Source: Octopus sinensis
Lineage: Eukaryota
Direction: 5' to 3'
Assembly: GCF_006345805.1 (NCBI RefSeq)
Contig: NC_042997.1
Location: 65,348,001-65,412,000 of the forward strand
DNA: 64,000 nt
Position 1 is the first letter of the stretch. Every line of letters begins with the position of its first letter. Positions 51,218 through 64,000 of this stretch are shown here, one piece after another. Position numbers and translations under genes: made by a program. Below the pieces are notes generated by a model, which saw only the letters and a list, made by a program, of their open reading frames with translations, made no database searches and had not been told where the DNA came from.

Positions 51218-53329
51218 CAGTATCTGACAGAAGTATGCACACTCCTAAAATGTTTCAGTAAAGTTGCCATTGCTCTGATTATATATTAATTTTCAAACGT
51301 TACAACAATATATACACCTTAAACGAAATTTGCTATGTTCTGTATTTTATCCACTTTTTTTACTGAATTCAGATATTGCTTATAATTTCAATTCTAATAA
51401 ATTATTTCTCCTGCAATTTTGCACCGGACATTTGTATTGCATCTCCATGGATTCTTATTTGTGTACCTTGCTGAACATCTTCAATGTGATTAAAATGGCA
51501 CCAAAAGGAAAAGAATTGCCTGAAGATTTGAGAAAATTACTTTTAATTTGCTCTAAGACACAAGCTAATTAGCAAACGAATGCATATTACCGTAAACACA
51601 ATTACACAAAGTAATACAAAAGTACAAATCTACTGGACGGCTTATCAATAAACATCATCCAGGTCGTCCTTCTCTTTTATCTGTCTGTGATATTCGCCAC
51701 ATCCAACATTGCGTTGTATTGCTCCATCTTTTGCCCAAGAAGTGTCTTCTGCTAGTGGAACTAGTGTATCTGCCCAAACAGTTTGCCGAAGTTTGAATCA
51801 ATGGGGTCTTCTTGGATGCATTTCACATAGGAAGGCTCTCCTCACTATCAAGCATAAATCAAGTCATCTTTCTTTTGCCGAAACTTATATTGAGTAAGGG
51901 GAAGGAGCTTTGGAAGAAAATTCTTTTTTCTGACGAGACAAAAATCAACTAGTTTGGGTCAGATGGTATTAAACGAGTATGGCGATGACCAGGTGATGAT
52001 TATAGCGATAAAGGCACCGTGCCTACCGTGAAACACGGTGGTAGAAGTATTATGCTTTGGAGATAACTGAGTGCGGCTGGTATGGGAGGATTCATATTTA
52101 CCGAGAGAACAATGGATTTAAGGCTTTATTGTGATATACTGCAGAAAACAATGCGAGAATGCATCAAGGAACTAGGAAGATATTCCATGTTCCAACAGAA
52201 TAGTGACCGTAAACACACTTTAAAGATGATGACTAAGTTTTAATTAGGTAAAAAGTTAGTATAGCCTTGGCCTACCATCAGTGGTGGCTCGTGTATAGGT
52301 AGTGCCGAACTGCAGCACCTACTATTTCCACTCAATATTATCGATAACATTCAATATAAGTCCTTTTTTCTATAATTCATTCTTTAAACTAGTACATTAT
52401 ATAATCCTTAAGCTTAATGTCAGTAGCCATCCCCTAGTTTTTGAAAACAATACCAACATCCTTGTATGGAACTGTGTGCTTCACAGTTTCAACTGTTGTG
52501 CGCATGCTCAGATGTTCGAAATAGGAAGCTTCACGCTAGGGAGCGCTGCCGTTAACGTAGTGTCGGTGAAATGTAGTATTTCTTTTTGACTCCGTGTGTG
52601 TTGTGCTTAAAAACATGTTTATATTCTTGAATGTGATAAAGTGTAGAATTAGATTATTATCCTGCTTCCAACTTCAATGTTGCTACAAGGATTCGAAAAA
52701 TAGGGCGAACCCCCTCCTTGTTTTGTGATTTAGTGGGGATTTTTGAAAAACAAGGGGGAAATTTGCAGTTGTGTTCAGTGAACAAATTAAACACACTACT
52801 CGGCAGTGTTTAAAACGCGAATCGATCAAGTTTATATGTAAATATTCGTTTTATGCCTGTTTCCTCCTACACAATATTAAAACAACGGCTAAAACTTTTC
52901 TCAAGTAGCACCCTTACTAATTCTATCTAAGAGCCACTATTGTCTACCATGTTACCTGATTTGAACCCATTTTTAGGGTGTTTTGGAAAGGAATGCGGAG
53001 GAGAAAAAGCCTAGCAATGTAATACAAATGAAAGACATCATACAGGATGAATGGAAGTCGATTTCATCTGTTATACGTGGAAATTTAGCCGACTGTTTGC
53101 CCAGAAGACTTAATACCGTCATTGACAGCGAGGGCAGTCACACTAAATACTGAATATAGCAAATAATCGTTAGAAATTTTTTATTGTTATGTGTTCCAAC
53201 TTTGTATAATGTTTGCGTGTATAATATATTATATTCAGTATAAATTTTGTTCGATTCTTTCGATATTATCAGAGTAATGGCAATTTTACTGAAATATTTT
53301 AGGGGTGTACATACTTCTGTAAGATAGTG
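51218..53329 (+). mobile_element. Tc1-family transposon, full length but decayed
   Basis: About 60-bp TIRs (CAGTATCTGACAGAAGTATGCACAC.CCTAAAAT.TTTCAGTAAA); MAPKGKEL...ILFSDETKIN...PTVKHGGRSIMLW...FQQNSDRKHT...PDLNP. Confidence 0.92.
52279..52942. mobile_element. hAT-type MITE nested in the Tc1 transposase
   Basis: 8-bp TSD CCTACCAT / TCTACCAT; TIR CAGTGGTGGCTC / GAGCCACTATTG; splits the WP..SPDLNP motif. Confidence 0.8.
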
Positions 53330-53338
53330 TATACATAT

Positions 53339-53405
<67 letters not shown>

Positions 53406-53432
53406 TAGATAGATAGATAAGTAGATACATAG

Positions 53433-53525
<93 letters not shown>

Positions 53526-54509
53526 CGTATGTATATACATGTGTGTGTGTTTGTGTTTGTATTCGTAAATCAGTGTCTGTGTTTCTTCACACCTATCTAT
53601 TAATAGCTGTTTTTCGTGTTTTATCGCTTTATGGACTGTAACGAGATGATTCGAGAAAAACGCATAAATGATAAAAGTAGTATAAAAGTAAGGTAAATTG
53701 TAGATTCATTTATGGTCGATAAAATTACTTGAATGAACTGGTACATCATAGCTCCAGTTCAATATGTAGAAGCAATACACGAGTAGAAGTATAAAAATAT
53801 TGCCGACATTCAAAGAAACCGCCCCTTCCTGTACGACTAGTATAGTTTTAACACAAACATATTTTCATATAGTTAGAGAGGCAGATAGATAGACTGACAG
53901 ACAGATAGATTGGGAGATAAATGTACATACAAATATATACTTGTATAAGGACTTAGTGTTCACTAACTTTTCAGATACTTTTTTCAGTTTTTTTAATTTG
54001 GTTACTATATATATGCTTCTGTGTGAGTATGTGTGTGTCTGTGTGTGTATGTGTGTAAGTATGTATGCATGTATGCGTGCATGTATGTAGGAATATATAT
54101 GCACATACGACATTCGGGCTATATTTGCTGGTCTTTCATTTTCCTTTTTTCTTGTTCTCAGGAACACCTTGATGTATTGCAGAACAGTCAAACGCGGTAT
54201 GAGCATAAAGATTAAAGCTGTAGTTAAGAACGGGTTAGCTGTCATGGAAGACTGAAAGCCATCGGAATATTGGCAAACAGCTACCTCTATAATGACGATA
54301 CGCGCTGGGTATCAAAATACCGACATCATCACTGCTGCTTGCAGTGTTCAGTAAGCCCTGTATGGGTTGCAACACGTGATATGGACAAGCACATTTATAC
54401 GTACATACACCCAAACACGCAAGTACACACACATGCACAAACACACATATATATTAGATAGATAGATAAATACATGCATACACATATACATAATACATAC
54501 ATGCATACT

Positions 54510-54603
<94 letters not shown>

Positions 54604-55007
54604 GAACGATTAACGTAAAGAGATCGAAAGACAAAGAGACATGGAAAACATTTCATCAACCGTGTACAGAAGACTAGAAGCGCAGTTTTTGTGCAATTAA
54701 ACCTCCAGACTATGCATTCCATGGTACTGCTCGTCTGGTTGCGGAAGTATTTCTAAGTAGATGGAGAAACAAAAACTAAATCTAAAAAAGAACACATACA
54801 AGAAAAACGGAATATTATGCCTCGAAGCAATGCAATATCAGAAAATATATAACATATACACGCATAAATATATACATTTATATATATATATATAAAGAAA
54901 TATTCAATATTTGACTTCATTTATTAAATGAAGTTTAATAAATTTCATCAAAAAATTAAATGAAGTAGATTGGATGTAAAAAATAGATAACGCTTTTATT
55001 TCATATT

Positions 55008-55086
55008 CCTAGAATTGTTTCGGACAAAAGGACAAGATTTCCATAACGAGAACATCATAAAAGCCGAATATGTACTCTTCAGTAGG
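55008..55086 (-). ncRNA. Hammerhead-like motif with long loop II
   Basis: CCTA-CTGAAGA-GTACA...TGTCC-GAAA-CAATTC-TAGG: stem I CCTA/TAGG, intact core, one mismatch in stem II, poor stem III. Confidence 0.5.
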
Positions 55087-55572
55087 TGAGATTTAAAGTA
55101 AAATAAAAATAAACAAAAGACGTTAAAAATATAGATCGAACTTTTTCAGGTATTTGTATATTCCTTCTTCCACTCACAATTATTTGAATTGGGACTAAAC
55201 CCATTAAAGGACTTGGCTGGTTACGTATCTAATATTTAAATTTTTCACTTCCTTGCTATTAAATCAAATATATATCTTTTTTTTTTTTTAAATCACTATA
55301 GAAAATACTGGTCAAGATGTACGTGTATGCACGTTCAGAAATGCCAAATAAAGAGTAATTTGAGTTTCATTTTAAAAATTTTGCTAAGCTGTCATTTCTA
55401 CTATGGTTTTAAGTAAATAGGAAGCTAGCACAAGCATATGAGATTGATTAATAGTTCATATAGTTTTTGTTTAAGTATTACAATAATCCATAGACAATAT
55501 AGGGAATAACGTATGACGAAAAGACATTAGAAATCTCTAGAAAAAAAATTCCAATTATAGGACGGAGATATA

Positions 55573-55611
<39 letters not shown>

Positions 55612-56867
55612 CTTTAAACATGCATGCGCGCGTATATGTACATATGCTTATACATACATACACACCCATCAAGCACACTCGTAAAAATAATTACACATAA
55701 AATATACAAAAACTTGTGTTAGCCTTTTGACCAGATACAAGACTAAACGACACTCACCTAATAAAAGTGCACCAATAATGAATTGAGAAGCTTGGCCTTC
55801 AGCGCTTTTATTTTTCAAGTCTTAATGCCATTCTATCACAAGCATTGACGCACGAATCGCTCCTCGTGACCACAGGTTCGTAAGATGGTTGTGATCTGTA
55901 AAACAATTTGAGAAGAACCCAGAAAAAGAAGTATGAATTTTCAATGCGCATGTGCACACCGAATTCGTAAAACGGAAATGAAGAATAAAAACGCAATGTC
56001 AAACATGTCACGTCTAACACCACTATCACTCAGCTTTGCTGCAATCTTCTTGTTAAGAATCCCATTGCTGCCATTTATCTTTAAACTTGTTTTCTGGACT
56101 TCAATTTATTTCTCCAGATTTCTGCCATCAAACGAAAGCAAAACTTCTAACATTTTTTTTTTTGCAACAAAAGTGAATTATTAAACACATCCTTCTTCCT
56201 CTAAACAGCCATTCTTCCTGTTTTCATATACATCTACCAAAGTTATTCTTCCTTCACTAGTTGAATAAACTGGCAGCTGAAACAAAGTCTCAGACACTAC
56301 AAATTTTAGTTTAGTTCTTCTTAATGCAAACAAAACACACTTAGATATAACACATTTAGCTGCGAAACCGTTTTCAGAGAGTGAAGTAAAGGATCTCTTA
56401 TAGAAAATATCTCAATAACTTTCGCTTTCAGTAAATGGTTTTTGTCTTTTTGCAGTGAACAGCATTAATCAGTCGGAAATTTCAGTGAAATCGACACGAA
56501 TTCCAAAGCAAAAATGTAAAGATACATAAAAGAATTGAAAACTGTCATCAAAAGAAAGTGTCGAAGTTGGTCAGAAATATCTCAAAAGATATGATTTATT
56601 GAATACCAAGTTTTATATTCAAATATGTATTTGTATGAAACTGAGCGGCAAAGATTTTCAGAGAATGTAGAAGTGTGAAAAGGCGAATAATGTGTCTGAA
56701 ATAGAGCACACAAAGAGATGTCAGATGCGTAAGAAATGCAATAAATGCAATTTCATATTTCAATATGGGAACATATATTATAAAGAACATAGATTGTATG
56801 GCGGTGCTCCTGCATGGCTGCGGTCAAATTAGTGAGACAAGTAAAAGCATAAAATACATATATATAT

Positions 56868-56929
<62 letters not shown>

Positions 56930-57257
56930 TATCGTAAACGATAATTATTCAAAGAATATTTATATAGATATTATTGTTATCATTAGTAGTAAAATAAATA
57001 ACAACTATAATAATATAAGTGACCAGCAGGCAAAAAGCCGAAAATATAGCAAATCCAATATTTGATAATTAATTTAGAATTATAATAGAGCGCACATACG
57101 GTGCCAGCATTACTGTAAAAATCAAAGTCGAAAACTCCTTTAATAAACCACTATTTCACTGGAAAATACAACAGGCACAACAGAAATCAGGCAAGAAGCA
57201 GAGAGATTAATTTGCCATCTCAGCATAAAGCTGCAGAATGAGGTAGTAGATATACAT

Positions 57258-57312
57258 GGATCAACTGATTTCGAATTTTGAGACATGGCCACCCTTATTC
57301 TCATTAGCAGGT
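57258..57312 (-). ncRNA. Decayed hammerhead-like motif between diverged direct repeats (56965-57070 / 57548-57670)
   Basis: CTAATGA-GAAT...ATTC-GAAA-TCAGTT: stem II intact, core G5 replaced by A. Confidence 0.4.
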
Positions 57313-57446
57313 CTCACATACAGCTATGGTTAAGAAACATTACTTGTTCTGTTGTGCTTGGTAACATTTGAAAAGCTAGCGCCAGATTAAAAAACGGTGT
57401 CGATGGATAAATTTCATGAGCGAATAAATATTCAAAGAATATATAT

Positions 57447-57553
<107 letters not shown>

Positions 57554-57982
57554 TTATTATTAATCATTATTATTATGAGTAAAATAAATAACAACCGTAA
57601 TTTAAGAGGCCAGCAGCCGAAAAATTGGAAAATCCCAAATTTTAAATAAATTCATAATTGCTGTAAAAATCCCATACACACACATATATATATATGTATG
57701 TGTGTGTGTTTGTGTGTATATATATATATATTCGCCAATTGTAAATTATTTTATTTACAAAAGATTGCTTGAAACTGTGCATAATACAGGAAATATAGGG
57801 CAAATGATTTTACTTTTCACTACCTTTCGAAATTACCCCTAATAGTGGCTTGTGGTTTAACTGCACTTTCTAGCGAGTCAGATATCCGGTCATGGTCTTC
57901 TCTTGTGTGTTTAAATGTACACTCTATATATACATACATACATACATACATACATACATACATACATACATACATACATACA

Positions 57983-58016
<34 letters not shown>

Positions 58017-58017
<1 letters not shown>

Positions 58018-58531
58018 TAGCAGTATCGCCCGGCGTTGCTTGGGTTTGTAAGGGAAATAACTATATAAGCATTTTTAGAGAGTTACTTCCCTTATAGATG
58101 CCAATTCGGGCTTTCTTAGCCATTTCTGTTTTGGTGTCTTCAAGCCATGAAGTCGTTGTTCTAAAAGAACGCTGGTCTCCTTGACAACGCTTTACGACGT
58201 TGATTTCCTTACACTCCCTTCCCCACAGCTTCACGAGGGAGGGAAGAAGGGGGAGAAGCAAACAGGTGCATGTGTGACCATGGACGCCAACTCCGCCGCC
58301 ATCGACACACGAAAAATTATGCATTAAAATGGAATAAAAAATTATGTTAAATTATTTTTAAAATCGTAGACTCAGCGTAGACGCGCGCTAATACTCAGAC
58401 GGGCTCGATATGAATCACGACTATAAGATACCCGAATTTGGTTAAACTGCACCGCAAAATGTGGGAGTAGTTAGGAATCTAAATCGAAGGGCACAGACAC
58501 TCACACAACTACAGTTTGATATATATATAGA
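58017..58531 (-). mobile_element. Non-autonomous Helitron
   Basis: Minus strand starts TCTATATAT... and ends with hairpin CCCAAGCAACGCCGGG followed by ATACTG-CTAG; no TIR or TSD. Confidence 0.8.
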
Positions 58532-59934
58532 GAGAGACTGTTAGAGTGAAAAAAGAGGAGGGGTATGTTTGTTAAATAGTTATCAATAAATTAGTGTTTG
58601 TATTTGGGATATAGGTTTAACGCACGCATGTAAATTAGCTTGTGTGTGTGGGTATGTGTGTGTGTGTTTCAGAGAGAGTGGGGAGAGATAGACAGACAGA
58701 AACACAGATAGGCAAGCAGACACAGCAACCGTATGCCGCTTTAACGTAGTGAAAAGCCTCCTGATAAGTTGTTTCAGGAGTCCAATTTCTCTTATTATTT
58801 AAAGATATTTTTACAATACCTTGGAAAAGTCTTGGATGACATAATGCTCATTGTGGTCCCCTACATACCTGACGTATTAGAAACGTACACATTAAACAAA
58901 CAGGGCTACTAACGGCGACCCACCCCAAATACGAATGTCAACATATTTTTAACAATATCGAGAATATCTACGCATGGAGATAAATTTAACATATATGTGG
59001 TCGTGTAAATTGTAAAACATTTATCTTTCTGAAATATAGTAGTTAATCAGATAATACTCCCACTTCACCCCACGTAACAGAACAGAACTGCTTTAGTACG
59101 TCATATGTTTAATTTTACCTTCCACTTTTACCTTCTACTTAATATTGTGAACGCAGATTATTGAAACCAGAACAAGTATTTATCTTTATACAGTACTAAT
59201 TATATCGATACCTAAACAGCAATCTTCAGCAAATTAGCAGAATCTAGTTGTCTCGTCTTAGATTGTATTTCTTACAGAAGCAATGAATTTCACCTTCTAT
59301 AATAGCTTCGGAGAGAACTTTGAAGTGGAATTAGGGACAGGGAAGCCGTGCAAGCTTATTGGATGCATCGTATCAGTTCTTCTATTCTCAGTTGTGTTCA
59401 CAGAGTGGAGAACACTCTGTCACATGCACTTAATCAATTCGCCCATTTAAGGTTAAGCTATCTTCCCTCTGTTTCCCTTTGAGACTGAAAAAAGTCATGG
59501 AATTTTCCCTTCCTTTTCTGCTCGAATTAAAAATAACTTCAGTTAAATATTAATAACATTACTGCTTGCTTTACTGCAACCATTACATTTAATATCTATT
59601 TCTCTATTGCAGGTGTATATATTAATATTGTTTTATCAGCTTATATAACTTTTATTTAGGAAAATACAGTAAGAAATAATTTGAAATAAGTGGAATGCAC
59701 ATACTAAAGATTAACCTTAGTGACCTTCAGTTGCACTGAATTGAAATGTTCTTTGTGGGTAAACTGAAGACAGAATCGGAAATTAATTAGACTTAGAAGA
59801 AAATAATGAGAGGAACACTGTAGATTTTATGTATTCTGTAACATTTCGCATATCTCTTTACGTTTATTCCTACATTTTTATAGTTCATCGTTTAGCTTTG
59901 TACTGAAGCTTCTGAACCTTAAACACACACATAT

Positions 59935-59944
59935 AGGTATATAC

Positions 59945-59993
<49 letters not shown>

Positions 59994-59998
59994 CATAC

Positions 59999-60069
<71 letters not shown>

Positions 60070-60240
60070 CATATATACATACGTATATATATATATATAT
60101 ACATACATACATACATATGCATATATTTATTTATATTTATATTTTATATAGATATACACATGTATATATATATGTATGTATGTATATACGTATATATGCA
60201 TATACATATGCGTGTGTGTGAGAGAGAGAGAGAGACAGAG

Positions 60241-60278
<38 letters not shown>

Positions 60279-60285
60279 TGTGTGT
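59935..60285. repeat. Long compound (TA)/(CATA)/(GA)/(TG) microsatellite (one of dozens in the window)
   Basis: Read directly. Confidence 0.95.
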
Positions 60286-62774
60286 AGTCGGACAAAGAAA
60301 TGCTTGAACAGTAGGAAATGCACTGGATAATTGGGAGACGTTTTCGTAAGTATACACAAATAACATCTAAGAAGCAGTAGCTAATTTATCGGTAGATTGA
60401 TTGAGTCAGTGATAAGTAAGTGCAAAACACTATTGATGAACGGATCTGAAATTTTAACTCATCGCTAGACATGCTGCAACTATACCTCCTTCGCCAGTTG
60501 CTTTCCTTAACAGAAGGAACGAAAAAAGCGTATACGGAATGGGTTCAATTATGCAAAACCAATGAGACTTGCTACACCACTGATTTTCCAATACTATTTT
60601 TTCGTTACTCAGGCCACAATTTGCAGCAAATAAATATACTTGGTAATAAATACAAAGAAAGAATGTGTTCAAAAATATATTTAATTATTCAATAAATAAT
60701 GTATAGTTACCAAGACTTTACAACAAAAATTAGCAAGGTCTTTCACACTTAAAATATAATCTCATTACTTTAAATGCGTAAATGATTATATCTTGTGGAG
60801 CATTGAGTCGTAGCAAATCGTTCGGGAAAACCATTTGCTCTATATTGTCGCTCGAAATGGTTGGTCTTTCGAGAGAAATTACCTATAAATTTCTCAAATT
60901 AGTCTAGAAATACGTGGTATGTATACTGCTGGTATGTTTTCGTATGCATACGTTTCGTTGTTTGGAACTGAATCAAGGCTGAACAAAAAAGCAACATGAT
61001 AACGAGCAATCGCTCAAACTTCTACTTGCTCACTAGACATTCTAGAAATGGTACCAACAGATAAAATATATCTTAACTAAACATTGTACCTGTATCTCAC
61101 TTAGAAAGAAGAGACACATTCAGCTATCATGTGCGGGACGGTCACATCTTGAAGGAATTGGTCATGTCTTCTCCCTCAAGTGCTGATATGAGGCTAAGCT
61201 ATGTTTTCCTCAGACGGGTGGGATGTACTTAATAATTTCCATGTGCAATTTTAGTTTTAGAATATATTTCAAGTGTAAATATTTCAAAGGACGAATTGGG
61301 TGAGTATTTTAGATATTAGTAAAGAATTTCATTCCCTGGGTTCTGTTCAAAGCCAACTTTGCTTTTCTGGAGATGTATGCAATATGTACCGATCCAGTAC
61401 GGTGAAACTTTGCAATTCTAGAGAACCGGAAGACATACCTAGCGCTATGTGTTCAGACACCGTGCATGCTAAGTTCTAAATCCACCCAATTACCGATAAA
61501 ATTTTGCGAAGGTTAGCTACTGACAGAGATTATCAATAATGCTTAAAAAAATTAAATAATGGAAACAGTTTCTGTGGTCCAATCGAGAAGTCGAATACTA
61601 TCATCACATTACTTAATGTGAGGAGTTGAAAACAGTTTTTTGATCAGTTGAAATTGTAATCGTGATAAGGAAAATAATCTTTCATGTCTTAACTAAGAAG
61701 ACAGAAACGTATCAACGTCCGATATCATAATTTCGAAATATGAAAACCGTTTCGCCTCCTGTACATATATCTCTTATTTCTGGTTAACTGGAATTATGCT
61801 ATTCCTCTTTTCTCCATTTTGAGAGGATATTTTATTAAAGTTAATGGTTTTTCATAAAATATTGCCCACAGTTTTAAACAGATTGCAGCGATGTGGAAGG
61901 TCAATAAAATGATGAGTCGTTTGATTGAGTGAAAATAAATAACAAGTCAACATCGCGCTTTGGACGCTCTCGATCAGGTCCAGTGTAGTAATGCATGCAA
62001 GAAAATGAACTCATTCACGGAAAGAAGTAGAGCGTTTAAGGGTATTAATTACCGTGACCAACAATTAATACTTCAAACATTTTCCAATGCCTCTATAACA
62101 TACCAGTTTCCTACTTTAGCAAATCAAGTAACACTTCTTACGCTATTGTCCGCCATTAAGTTAAGCCCTCTTCATCCCTTACATTCACCACACACACCCT
62201 CTCTCTATCTCTTCCTCTCTCGGTCTTTTGTGTCTTTCGGGATCACTTTTCATTGAATATCTTTTCTCATCTCCGGCTCACATATTCACATTAGTTTTGT
62301 TGAATCAACAGGGGGCTTCTGAGGTTCGTTCTCCTTTTTATAAATATTAGCCAAATCTTATCCAAATAACATTCTAAAGTTTTTATTTCTAAAGAAAATT
62401 TGATATGTTTTACAAGGTTAAATCTTCGAGCGTAAAATCATGAGAAGCTTTCAGTGGCGTCAGTGGTCTACAGGACATGATGTTTCAGCTTTATTTTCTC
62501 TTCTGAGTGATGCATAGCGCCTGGATCATTTCAAGACAGACAGATATGTCTATTGCTCTATAGGACACAGGAAACATTTAACTATTTTTAGAACTCATTT
62601 TCTATTCCAGAATGAGAAAGTAGTCGTTCTTAAATGTTATAGCAACTGTAAATGCTACAGGGGTCCATAACATTTTAAATAACTTTGAATAACAATACCA
62701 TAGCTTATGCATATCTTATCGGTAACACGAAAGACCCAGATGAATATAAGAAACTCCATTTAAATCTTATAAAA

Positions 62775-62809
<35 letters not shown>

Positions 62810-62902
62810 AGGGAGTGAGAGAGAGGGAGAGAGAGACTGACAGACAGACAGATAAATATAGATATACGTATACATGTACACACATATATATATGTATATA
62901 TA

Positions 62903-62947
<45 letters not shown>

Positions 62948-62948
62948 C

Positions 62949-62999
<51 letters not shown>

Positions 63000-64000
63000 T
63001 ATGTGTGTGTGTGGATGTGTGTATATAATTTTATGAATTCATAAATATATATATATATATATATAATTTGTATATATATGTATGTGTGTGTGTGTGTTGT
63101 GAATATATTTGTGCGTATGTGTTTGTGCGCACACGTCCATGCGTGCGTGTATATATACATATGGAATATACACACATATATAATTGTATTTAATACCATT
63201 ATTGCTATATCCGTGAATCTGATACACAGACAGTTAGACAAAGATATAAACAGGTTGATCGATATATCCGTACATAACTACATTACTGTGTGCAAACATT
63301 CATAGACAACGAGATATGCTATACATGTCTTCAGAGACAAGGGGAATGAGAGTATAGTTAGTTATGGAGATAATGAAGTTAATCCCCTCGACAATATATC
63401 TCTGAAACAATACAATAACTTAATATGTGAAGACTAGAAGTTATTTCAAGTATTTCCATTTTAAGAATTTAATTTCAGACATACTCATGTACTGCGTTAA
63501 CCACTGCATTGCCAAGTACGAACTTATTATATGTTGTGCATAAGTTGGTCAAAGCTTAGCGAGAGTGAGCATATCAGTTCTCTTCCAACAGATCCGATGA
63601 TTGATGCGATTGATATCAACAAATAAAACATTGGCGGTTTGGGCCCAGTTATAGGAGGTAAAGTTGGGAAGACCTTGCCCTGTGAGACTTTAGAGATCTC
63701 TCGGAAGTAAATCTTCGGGTTGTTGTCTAAGTTGTATGAGGGTATTTCTGCAGCAGCAACAATATCATCTCTTGTATATGGGCAACACAATTATGTGGGG
63801 CAATGAGATAACGCTTGAATTATTTTCTGAAACTAATATGAAGCATAGCTTATTGTTTTAAGAAGCTTTGTTAATGCTGCATATGTGAGGTAGGAGAGAG
63901 ATATCCTCAAAATCCTCAGACCTTGCATTTGCAGTGATTGTTGAAACAAATTAAGTTGTACTGCTACGCCCAAGGTTTGTAATTTGAAGTTTATACTGTA

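Overview
AT-rich eukaryotic DNA saturated with microsatellites, with no recognisable intact host protein-coding gene. The SINE families and the (TA)n/(CA)n/(TAGA)n density resemble an octopod cephalopod genome (recognised from memory, not searched). The window is a mosaic of transposon debris: at least three tRNA-type SINE families; 5'-truncated LINEs (RTE, L1/Tx1-like, HERO/R2-like); Penelope-like retroelements (PLE), one with an uninterrupted RT C-terminus plus GIY-YIG frame; Tc1, maT (DD37D) and mariner relics; a nested hAT MITE; a piggyBac-type MITE; and a non-autonomous Helitron. Most notable is a non-coding ~557-bp partial tandem repeat (34.3-35.4 kb) carrying two identical minimal type-I hammerhead-ribozyme motifs, a candidate retrozyme or PLE pseudo-LTR. 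Several decayed hammerhead motifs, repeated 5' fold-back hairpins at retroelement ends, two near-perfect microsatellite-bounded tandem duplications and a few unidentified decayed coding-like segments also occur. Many boundaries are approximate, read by eye.
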